Shown in pieces: positions 6,835-14,369 of a stretch of DNA of 32,000 nucleotides. Made by a program: the position numbers and the translations under genes. The first letter of the stretch is position 1; every line of letters begins with the position of its first letter. The stretch comes from Geobacter metallireducens GS-15 (GTDB taxonomy: Bacteria > Desulfobacterota > Desulfuromonadia > Geobacterales > Geobacteraceae), in assembly GCF_000012925.1 (NCBI RefSeq), contig NC_007517.1, positions 2,010,001 through 2,042,000 on the forward strand, read 5' to 3'. Below the pieces are notes generated by a model. The model saw nothing but the letters and a program-made list of their open reading frames with translations, did not search any database and was not told the origin of the DNA.

Positions 6835-7017
6835 ATGAAATACGAAGAGGTCGGATGTTATCTGGAAATCAATCTGGCAACGGGAACTATCGAACGGGTG
6901 GCGCTGGAACCCGAGGTAATGAGAGAGCATCTGGGACGTCCCGGGGCCTGCATCGGGGAAGCGTGCGAGGGATTCTGCCAGCATTCGCTACAGACCTGCC
7001 TCCGCATAGAAAATTAG
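6835..7017 (+). pseudogene. 5' remnant of an AOR-family gene (60-aa ORF; could alternatively act as a leader peptide)
   Basis: MKYEEVGCYLEINLATGTIERVALEPEVMREHLG parallels the N-terminus of the next gene, MRYAEAGYYLEVDLAKGNIERVATDPRLMELHLG. It has its own GGAGGAGGA RBS. Similarity ends after about 34 codons, followed by unrelated sequence and a stop. Confidence 0.5.
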
Positions 7018-7050
7018 ACACAGGGTGTACATCGGGAAAAAGGAGGAAAA

Positions 7051-9021
7051 ATGAGATACGCAGAGGCAGGATATTATCTGGAAGTCGACCTGGCGAAGGG
7101 GAACATCGAACGGGTCGCAACCGATCCCAGGCTGATGGAGCTCCATCTCGGGGGGTTGGGAACAAGCGTCAAGCTCCACTGGGACAGGGTACCACCGGAA
7201 ACCAGGGCATTCGATCCCGAAAATCTGCTGGTATTCAGTACCGGCCTGCTGAACGGCACGCCGGTGTTCAGCGCCAACCGCACCGTTGTCTCTTTCATTT
7301 CGCCCCAATCGGGCACACTGGCCTATCCGATGATGGGGGGCTTTTTCGCGGCCGAGCTGAAGTATGCCGGCTACGATAAGATCATCTTCAAGAACAAGTC
7401 GCCCGACTGGGTCTACCTGTACGTCTCCAATAACAAGGTGGAGCTGCGTGATGCGTCGCATCTGAAGGGGAGGGGGGCGGTTGAGACCCAGGAACTCATC
7501 CGGAAGGAGCTGAACGATCCGAAAGCCCAGGTGGCTGCCATCGGTATCGCCGGCGAGAACCGGGTCTTTACGGCTTCCATTGAGCAATCCCGCTCAAGCG
7601 CCAGCCGACTCGGCGGCGGCGCGATCATGGGCGACAAGAAGATCAAGGCCGTGGCTGTCCGCGGCACCGGCGATGTCTTCCTTGCCCGGCCGGAAGAGTT
7701 CATGAAAGAGTTGCAGGGGGTGACGGATTATATCAAGTACCGGTGGGCCAACCCCATTAAGGACGTCATGACCATCCTTTCCGGCATCGGGTCGCCCCAG
7801 GAGATGCTCCATACCGATGAAAAATGGCATACGGAGAACTTCGCCTGGGGCAATGCCCGGACCCGGAGAAGGGACTTCTGGACCGAAGAGATCGACGAGT
7901 CATGGTCAAAGTCACAGCATGGCGCAGTAAAGCGTCTGATCAGCTGTTACAACTGTCCGACCCATTGCGGGGCGCTTATTTCCCACAAGGATACCCCACG
8001 GTATATGGCGAAATGCTTCGGCAAGCTCACCTATGCCATGGCGGCTTATGTGGATGACCTTGATTTCTCCTGGAAGATCCTCCAGCGCGCCACCGAGTAC
8101 GGGGTTGATTCCTTCTCGACGCCCCAGATTCTTGCCTTTGCCGTTGAGCTCTATGAAGCCGGCATTCTCACTGACAAGGACTTCAAGGGGTGTCCATCCG
8201 ACAAGGAAGGGAGATTCTTCTGGCTCCTCGACCGGGTCGCACGTCGTGAGGGGATTGGCGATATCCTGGCCGACGGCGTCTATTTCGCAGCCCGCAAGAT
8301 CGGCAACGGTGCGGAAGCCTTCGATCACAACACCATCAAGAAGCACGAGCAGCTCCCGGTCAAGCTCGGGACCCTGGATCCGCTCTATTTCCTCATGTAT
8401 TCCACCAACGAGAAGATCAGCATCACCCAGATGGAAGGACAGTGGCCCCAATCGGCCTTCCCAACCATGGAGCAGCGGGAGGAATTCGTCCGCGACTGGC
8501 CCCAGATTCCCGACGAAAAGTTCAAGCAGATCGTGCTGGACTGGGAACTGAGGGGGGAGAAGTCGATTCCCTACTTCCCGACACCGGACATGTGCTCTGA
8601 AATCGTGGACTGGATGGAGATGATGCACAACATCGATGACGCCGTGGGGATGTGCTGCGGCATGTCGTCCTTCTGCCTGAAGCCGCCCTATCACATCCAC
8701 AACTACCCGAAAATAATCTCCGCGGCTACCGGCCTGGATCTGGACGAGTCAGGGCTGAAGCAGATTGCCAACAGGAGCCGGAACCTGCACCGAGCCTACA
8801 ACAACAGGCTGGGTATCAGGAGGGTTGACGAAAAGCCGCCCGCTGACCACTGGAAGAAACGCTTCCCCGAACTGGAAGAGCAGCTTCTTTCCACCTATTA
8901 CACGTACAAGGGATGGAACCACGACGGCATTCCCACACGGGAAAAGCTGGAAGAACTGGACCTGGGCTATGTCGCCGACGACCTGGAAAAGAGGGGGATC
9001 TTGAAAAATGGCCAAAATTAA
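7051..9021 (+). CDS. tungsten-pterin aldehyde:ferredoxin oxidoreductase family protein, BamB-like subfamily
   Basis: AAGGAGGA RBS. AOR N-terminal domain. [4Fe-4S] motif CYNCPTHCG. 656 aa. The N-terminus MRYAE.GY.LEVDL.KG.IERVATDP and blocks such as EKWHTENFAWGNARTRR match what I remember of Geobacter BamB (class II benzoyl-CoA reductase active subunit); unverified. Confidence 0.9.
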   Translation: MRYAEAGYYLEVDLAKGNIERVATDPRLMELHLGGLGTSVKLHWDRVPPETRAFDPENLLVFSTGLLNGTPVFSANRTVVSFISPQSGTLAYPMMGGFFAAELKYAGYDKIIFKNKSPDWVYLYVSNNKVELRDASHLKGRGAVETQELIRKELNDPKAQVAAIGIAGENRVFTASIEQSRSSASRLGGGAIMGDKKIKAVAVRGTGDVFLARPEEFMKELQGVTDYIKYRWANPIKDVMTILSGIGSPQEMLHTDEKWHTENFAWGNARTRRRDFWTEEIDESWSKSQHGAVKRLISCYNCPTHCGALISHKDTPRYMAKCFGKLTYAMAAYVDDLDFSWKILQRATEYGVDSFSTPQILAFAVELYEAGILTDKDFKGCPSDKEGRFFWLLDRVARREGIGDILADGVYFAARKIGNGAEAFDHNTIKKHEQLPVKLGTLDPLYFLMYSTNEKISITQMEGQWPQSAFPTMEQREEFVRDWPQIPDEKFKQIVLDWELRGEKSIPYFPTPDMCSEIVDWMEMMHNIDDAVGMCCGMSSFCLKPPYHIHNYPKIISAATGLDLDESGLKQIANRSRNLHRAYNNRLGIRRVDEKPPADHWKKRFPELEEQLLSTYYTYKGWNHDGIPTREKLEELDLGYVADDLEKRGILKNGQN

Positions 9022-9544
9022 ACGGAAAGTCAGGACGATCACGGTTGATGCCGACAAGTGCAACGGCTGCCGGACCTGCGAAATCATGTGCTCCGCCTTC
9101 CACGCGGTTCCGCCGTACAGCAGCAACAACCCGGCACGGTCGCGCATCCAGGTCATCACCAACCGGCTCGAGGACATCTGGATGCCGGTCTTTGCCGGCG
9201 AGTACACCGAATCCGAGTGCATGGGGCGGAACAAGTACATCATCGACGGCAAGGAATACAACGAGTGCGACTCCTGCCGTGCCGCCTGCCCCTCACGGGA
9301 TCTGTTCAAGGAACCGGATTCGGGTCTGCCCCTGAAATGCGACATGTGCGACGGCGAAGATGAGCCGGTATGTGTCAAGTGGTGCCTGGTCGATGCCCTA
9401 GTCTACGAGGAGCGGGAAGAGGAAGTGGAAGAGAAGGATATACAAACAACGGTGACCGAGATGGAGGTCGGTCTGGAATCGCTGGTGCGAAAACATGGTT
9501 TCGACAAGGTAATGGATACGGTTGCCCGAATGTCGAAGAAGTGA
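9008..9544 (+). CDS. multi-[4Fe-4S] ferredoxin-like protein, BamC-like partner of the AOR
   Basis: 14-nt overlap with the AOR stop. CNGCRTCEIMC, CDSCRAACP and CDMCDG...CVKWC cluster motifs. Confidence 0.85.
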   Translation: MAKIKRKVRTITVDADKCNGCRTCEIMCSAFHAVPPYSSNNPARSRIQVITNRLEDIWMPVFAGEYTESECMGRNKYIIDGKEYNECDSCRAACPSRDLFKEPDSGLPLKCDMCDGEDEPVCVKWCLVDALVYEEREEEVEEKDIQTTVTEMEVGLESLVRKHGFDKVMDTVARMSKK

Positions 9545-9581
9545 TACTACTTCCGGGCGCAAGAACGGGTAGCATGATACT

Positions 9582-9602
9582 CCCCCCGGCAGGGCCGGGG
9601 GG
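9582..9602 (+). other. GC-only hairpin between the ferredoxin gene and moeA
   Basis: CCCCCCGGC-agg-GCCGGGGGG, a perfect 9-bp stem with no U tract. Confidence 0.3.
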
Positions 9603-9653
9603 ACCACAACATGCGTCCAACATGGAAGCTGAACGGATTTTGGAGAAGGTGAG

Positions 9654-10958
9654 ATGCCAGGCTCAGAGGAAACCCTCCGGATTATTCTTGATAACATAAC
9701 TCCGCTCGGAGTGGAGCGTGTCGACCTGCAGTCCGCCCTGGGGAGGGTCCTGGCCAGGGATGTGGTGGCACCATGGGATTTGCCGCTTTTCGACAATTCG
9801 GCGAGGGACGGATTCGCCCTGAGAAGTGCGGACTGCACGGGCGAGGGGACCACCCTACGGATTACCGGCTTTATTCCGGCCGGATGCAATGTGTCGGAGC
9901 CGGTTCTGGGGGGGTGCGCCGTCCGGATCATGACCGGTGCACCTATCCCCCACAACTGCGATGCGGTGGTGCCGGGGGAGGATACCCTGGAGACAGATGG
10001 CCAGGTGACGGTCATGGCGCCGGTCCGTCGCCGGCAGTATATCCGCTTCCGGGGTGAGGACCTGACAGGCGGTGACCTGGTGCTGACGGAGGGGACGGTC
10101 ATTCAGGCACAGGAAATAGGCTTGCTGGCCTCATTTGGCCAAGCGGTGGTGCCGGTCTACCGGAAGGCGCGGGTGGCGGTGCTCTCCACCGGCGATGAGT
10201 TGATCGAACTGGGAGAGCAGCCGTCAAACGGACGCATCATCAACAGCAATGCCCAGTATCTGGCTGCGGCTCTCAGGGAGATCGGCGCCGAGCCGATTCT
10301 CCTCTGCATCGGTCGTGACAACCGGGAAAGCCTGAAAGAGCAGCTTCAGACGGGACTGAAGGCCGATGCGCTGATCACTACGGCCGGCGTCTCGGCAGGA
10401 GCCCGGGACCTCGTGCGGGATGTGCTGGTTGAGGTGGGGGTCAGGCAGATGCTCGGAAAGATTGAGATGAAGTCGGGCGGACCCAAGGCCTTCGGCATGA
10501 AGGACGGGATCCCGGTCTTCTCCCTTCCCGGCAATCCGCTGTCGACCATGGTCACGTTCGAGGAATTCGTCAGACCGGGGCTGCTCAGGCTGATGGGGCA
10601 TCGCCGGACGGTCAGGCCGAACCTCAAGGCACGGCTGCGGGAAGATATCCGCAAGGAGCCCGGCCGGGTCCATTGCCAGTCGGTCCGGGTAGAGGCGGAG
10701 AACGGCCGCTACATGGCCACCACGGTCGGAAACCACAAGGCGTGCCGGCTGAGTACCATCCAACGGGCCAATGCCATTGTCATCCTCCCCGAAGGACCGT
10801 CGGTGGTGGCGGCAGGGGAAGAGGTGGAGGTACATCTGCTGCGCGGTGACCTGGTCCTGCTGGAAGAACCGAACCTCACTGCCGGTTGCGTACCTGATGA
10901 CCGTGTGTCGGAAGAGGGGGAGACCTTCGAGAGAAGGGTGCGGGTGGCAACCCGTTAG
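9654..10958 (+). CDS. moeA: molybdopterin molybdenum/tungsten transferase MoeA
   Basis: LPLFDNSARDGFAL, IMTGAPIP, VLSTGDEL and TTAGVSAG are the standard MoeA domain order. 434 aa. Confidence 0.9.
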   Translation: MPGSEETLRIILDNITPLGVERVDLQSALGRVLARDVVAPWDLPLFDNSARDGFALRSADCTGEGTTLRITGFIPAGCNVSEPVLGGCAVRIMTGAPIPHNCDAVVPGEDTLETDGQVTVMAPVRRRQYIRFRGEDLTGGDLVLTEGTVIQAQEIGLLASFGQAVVPVYRKARVAVLSTGDELIELGEQPSNGRIINSNAQYLAAALREIGAEPILLCIGRDNRESLKEQLQTGLKADALITTAGVSAGARDLVRDVLVEVGVRQMLGKIEMKSGGPKAFGMKDGIPVFSLPGNPLSTMVTFEEFVRPGLLRLMGHRRTVRPNLKARLREDIRKEPGRVHCQSVRVEAENGRYMATTVGNHKACRLSTIQRANAIVILPEGPSVVAAGEEVEVHLLRGDLVLLEEPNLTAGCVPDDRVSEEGETFERRVRVATR

Positions 10959-10999
10959 GGAAGGGGTAGATATCATGCGACAGGATGGGGGACCGTCAG

Positions 11000-11482
11000 A
11001 TGAACGCGTATGAGCAGATCAGTTTGCAGATACCCGGGGAGGTCGAGCGTCTCATGGAGGACCGCTCGATCCTGAGGGAGGATGCGCAGAAGGTCATCCT
11101 TCATGCCGAGACCACCGGCAGGAAGCTGCTCAACTCTGCCACCGGCCATTTTCTCGCCTTCCATCGCCCCAAAGCGGTCACCTACTGGGCGGAGTATGTC
11201 CGGACCGGTGATGACTATCGGCTGGTCACCGCGTATTCCCACCGGATGGCGATGAAGTCCAGCGGGAGCACGCAGGAGTGGGTAAAATCCGGCAGCGGCA
11301 GCGAATGGCTCTGCAATCAGTGCCAGGCCCCCCTGGAGGAGCAAACTGTCAGGCTCCAGTACATGCAGTCCATATTTCCCATCACTCTTCCGGCCTGCTC
11401 CGGGTGCGGCTTCATCCTTGTCACTGAGGAGTTGGCAACCGGGAAGCTGGCCGCGGCAGAACAGGCGCTGGAAGACAAGTAA
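11000..11482 (+). CDS. small CxxC...CxxC (zinc-ribbon) protein of unknown function
   Basis: Alternative start at 10985; ATG 11000 has GGGGGA 9 nt upstream. CNQCQAPL...CSGCGFILV ribbon at the C-terminus. It sits between moeA and the methyltransferase with 23-41 nt gaps. The architecture fits what I recall as the DVU_1557-type 'redox protein' family; unverified. Confidence 0.65.
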   Translation: MNAYEQISLQIPGEVERLMEDRSILREDAQKVILHAETTGRKLLNSATGHFLAFHRPKAVTYWAEYVRTGDDYRLVTAYSHRMAMKSSGSTQEWVKSGSGSEWLCNQCQAPLEEQTVRLQYMQSIFPITLPACSGCGFILVTEELATGKLAAAEQALEDK

Positions 11483-11505
11483 CTTTCCGGCGGCACGGTG
11501 AACCG

Positions 11506-12192
11506 ATGAACGGTACCGCACTCAACTGGTTGGAGCTCTGTCGCACCGTGGGTCCGTGCCTACGGCCGGGTGGGACCGCGCTTACAGACCGGGCACTGGA
11601 GGTCTGCAACCTTTCCGCCGATTCCCTGATTGCCGATGTCGGCTGCGGTGCCGGCGGAACCCTGTATCACCTGGAACAAATCGGTTTCCGCCGCCTGGTG
11701 GGGCTCGACCCGTCGGAGACCCTTCTCGGGGATGCCGCCCCCCGCCTCGAAACGGCCCGCCTTATCCGGGGGGAGGCTGCAACGATCCCCCTCCGGAGCG
11801 CCACCGTCGATCTCCTTCTGTGTGAATGCGTCCTTTCCGTCCTCCCTGGCCGGTCGGCTCCCCTCCGGGAGTTTGCGCGGGTCGTGAAGGACGGCGGATA
11901 TCTGGTAGTGAGCGACGTTTTCAGCACGGCTGGAGACGAGGCCACAGGACAGGCCGGCGGGCTCCTCACCCGCAAGGAACTCCTTGCCGCGGTGGCCGGT
12001 AATGGCTTCACCCTCCTTCGGTGGGAAACCCACGACCGTTTGCTGAAGGAATTCGCGGTCCGCATGATCCTGGCCGGCGAATGCCTGCCGGATGCGTGGA
12101 AGGGTGGTACGGAGAGGAAAGGGGAGGCGGCCCGTGGGGGCCTCGGCTATTTCCTCATGGTGGCCCGAAAGGCTGAAGACCCGCTTCCGTAA
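11506..12192 (+). CDS. class I SAM-dependent methyltransferase
   Basis: Motif I IADVGCGAGGT and post-I LVGLDPS; acidic/hydrophobic motif DLLLCECVL. Confidence 0.85.
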   Translation: MNGTALNWLELCRTVGPCLRPGGTALTDRALEVCNLSADSLIADVGCGAGGTLYHLEQIGFRRLVGLDPSETLLGDAAPRLETARLIRGEAATIPLRSATVDLLLCECVLSVLPGRSAPLREFARVVKDGGYLVVSDVFSTAGDEATGQAGGLLTRKELLAAVAGNGFTLLRWETHDRLLKEFAVRMILAGECLPDAWKGGTERKGEAARGGLGYFLMVARKAEDPLP

Positions 12193-12210
12193 CAGATAAA
12201 GGATAGTGTC

Positions 12211-13608
12211 ATGGAAACAGTGAATCTGGGTGAAACCGAAAGCATCTGCCCCGTCTGCCTGAAAAGGATAGCGGCGACACGACAAGTGCTGGGTGACGAG
12301 GTCTTCCAGGTCAAGGAGTGCGACGAGCACGGTTCGTTCAGGACCCTTATCTGGCGCGGAAAGCCGTCACTGGCCGAGTGGCGGAGACCGAAGCCGCCCG
12401 TCCACCCCGAGCTCTGCTACGGGACCGTCGAGCAGGGGTGCCCGTTCGACTGCGGCCTCTGCAGTGCCCATGCACAGATGCCCTGTTCGGTGCTACTGGA
12501 GGTGACTGACCGGTGCAACCTGCAGTGCGCCGTCTGTTTTGCCGATTCCGGCCGAAAGGATTCCGTGGATACCTCCCTGGACAGGATCACCTGGCTGCTA
12601 GAACGGGCCATGGCAGCGGCTGGGCCGTGCAATCTCCAGTTGTCCGGCGGAGAGCCCACACTGCGGGACGATCTGCCGGAGATCGTGGCAGCGGCGCGGC
12701 GGATCGGTTTTTCCTTTATCCAGCTCAATACCAACGGCCTGCGCCTTGCCGCCGACGGGAATTATGCCGCCCGGTTGCGGTCGGCGGGGCTTTCGGCAGT
12801 CTTTCTCCAGTTCGACGGGGTCGACGACGGCATCTACCGCACCTTGAGGGGACGTCCGCTTCTGGAGCAGAAGCTCCGGGCCGTCAGGCATGCCGGCGAG
12901 GCCGGCCTCGGCGTGATCCTGGTCCCGACCATCGTGAGCGGAGTGAACAGCCATGCCGTCGGCGCCATCGTGCGGCAGGCCCTTCAATTGGCCCCAATCG
13001 TGCGGGGGATTCACTTCCAGCCTGTCAGCTATTTTGGCCGTTTCCCTGAGCAGGGCTGCGGCAACCGCTTCACTTTACCCGAACTGATGGGGTGTCTCGA
13101 AGAGCAGACCGACGGACTGCTCAGGCTGGCCGATTTCTCTCCTCCCGGTGGGGAACATGCCCACTGTTCCTTTCACGCCACATATCTCTACTCGGCCGAC
13201 GGCGGGCTGCGCTCCCTCGGGGCGATGGGGGGCGATTCCTGCTGCACGACCGACTGTGGCAGCGGGGGAATCAGGAGGACCGTGGATACCGTGTCGCGCC
13301 GCTGGAAGCTTCCCTCAGCCGCACCATGCTGCGGCAATCCCAGAGAATCGGAGCAGACCGATTGTTGTGAGTCGGGCAGATCAAACCCGGTCCGGGTCGA
13401 AGGGGCCATTGATCTGGATAGCTTTCTCCGGGATGTCGCCACCAGGAGTTTAACCATCTCTGCCATGGCATTTCAAGATGCGGAAAACCTGGATCTGGAG
13501 CGCCTCAGGGGGTGCTGCATATCGGTTGTGTCTCCCGATGGCCTGCTGGTGCCATTCTGTGCCTATAACCTGACCAGCAGGGACGGAAGGAGCCTTTACC
13601 GCCGATGA
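12211..13608 (+). CDS. radical SAM enzyme with N-terminal zinc ribbon and extra Cys motif (pterin-methylase/Tes-like architecture)
   Basis: CNLQCAVC (Cx3Cx2C) preceded by CPVCLKRI...CDEHG and CPFDCGLCSAH. GGEPTL SAM-binding glycine motif. Cys-rich C-terminal part CCTTDCGSGG...CCG...CC. Confidence 0.9.
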   Translation: METVNLGETESICPVCLKRIAATRQVLGDEVFQVKECDEHGSFRTLIWRGKPSLAEWRRPKPPVHPELCYGTVEQGCPFDCGLCSAHAQMPCSVLLEVTDRCNLQCAVCFADSGRKDSVDTSLDRITWLLERAMAAAGPCNLQLSGGEPTLRDDLPEIVAAARRIGFSFIQLNTNGLRLAADGNYAARLRSAGLSAVFLQFDGVDDGIYRTLRGRPLLEQKLRAVRHAGEAGLGVILVPTIVSGVNSHAVGAIVRQALQLAPIVRGIHFQPVSYFGRFPEQGCGNRFTLPELMGCLEEQTDGLLRLADFSPPGGEHAHCSFHATYLYSADGGLRSLGAMGGDSCCTTDCGSGGIRRTVDTVSRRWKLPSAAPCCGNPRESEQTDCCESGRSNPVRVEGAIDLDSFLRDVATRSLTISAMAFQDAENLDLERLRGCCISVVSPDGLLVPFCAYNLTSRDGRSLYRR

Positions 13609-13766
13609 TCTGGCACGGCGGCAATCACTTCATGATTTACGTCCCATAAGATATATTATGTCAAGTACGCGAAATAAATTTTTGTCCTGTGCCCTTGAAA
13701 GATTCAGAAGACTATGCGACCCTGCAAAAGCCAATATCAATATCATTTAATCCAGAGGGGTAAGTC

Positions 13767-14027
13767 ATGCTTAAGGAGGATGTTGGGACCGAGATTTACA
13801 AGACTTGGAGCAATGCACAACGACGCGAGGAAATCGCCAAGCTGGTTCAGGGCTACAGGTCGGGTCTGCCGGCTTCCATTATGTGTAAGATTTCAGATAG
13901 TATTGCAGGCAACCGGAAACGGGCTCGGAAATATCTCCATGAAATGCTGACACCTGAAGAACGACAGATAGCAGTGGACAGTGAAACCGGAGAAATGATG
14001 GTTTTTGTTCGAGGATATATGCTGTAG
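13767..14027 (+). CDS. hypothetical small protein (86 aa) in an AT-rich islet
   Basis: GAGGGG RBS 7 nt upstream of the ATG; no recognisable motif; local GC is visibly lower than the flanks. Confidence 0.4.
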   Translation: MLKEDVGTEIYKTWSNAQRREEIAKLVQGYRSGLPASIMCKISDSIAGNRKRARKYLHEMLTPEERQIAVDSETGEMMVFVRGYML

Positions 14028-14122
14028 CTTCGGTCTTATGCCACTTCCATGCAAATCGCACCAGGCCTGGTGCTTCTTCCTCACCTTTGATTCTTCCGCG
14101 ATATAGGGAACGATCTGGTCGG

Positions 14123-14152
14123 GCAGCGGAGGGTCGAGAATCCCTCCGCTGC
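14123..14152. repeat. perfect 11-bp inverted repeat (GC-rich hairpin)
   Basis: GCAGCGGAGGG-tcgagaat-CCCTCCGCTGC; no U tract on either strand. Confidence 0.5.
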
Positions 14153-14282
14153 GAAAGACTTGATGAATTTCCTCGTACCCCCCTATTCCCTCGTAGTTGT
14201 TGATGACATCGCCACAACCATAGGGCTGATCTTGCCCCTGACCTACCTGGGTATTTGAAGATTAATGTCTGCCTCTCCCATT

Positions 14283-14310
14283 TTGACAGAAGCTAACTGG
14301 TTGCTATTAT
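14283..14310 (+). promoter_or_regulatory. candidate sigma-70 promoter of the ACIII-like operon
   Basis: TTGACA-N16-TATTAT, about 60 nt upstream of the ATG at 14370 (RBS AGGTGGA). Confidence 0.4.
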
Positions 14311-14369
14311 TAGTTGAACCGTAACGTTCCGCCGTCACCGCAACTGCCCGCTCCCGTTCAGGTGGATGC

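Noticed and set aside
6705-7379. 224-aa plus-strand ORF overlapping the start of the AOR gene
   Set aside because: It is out of frame with the strongly supported AOR CDS. Its Arg/Gly-rich low-complexity translation is typical of off-frame reading of GC-rich coding DNA.
7912-8700. 262-aa minus-strand ORF inside the AOR gene
   Set aside because: It is antisense to a gene with clear family motifs, and has no motif and no RBS. This is a GC-rich antisense artefact.
9398-12330. Minus-strand ORFs of 234, 250, 182 and 256 aa opposite moeA, the Zn-ribbon gene and the methyltransferase
   Set aside because: All are antisense to motif-bearing plus-strand genes that form a tight operon. Their translations are Arg/Pro/Ser-rich.
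13611-13627. TGGCAC hexamer after the radical SAM gene as a sigma-54 -24 box
   Set aside because: No properly spaced TTGC -12 element follows; the nearest GC is 9 nt rather than 12 nt from the GG.
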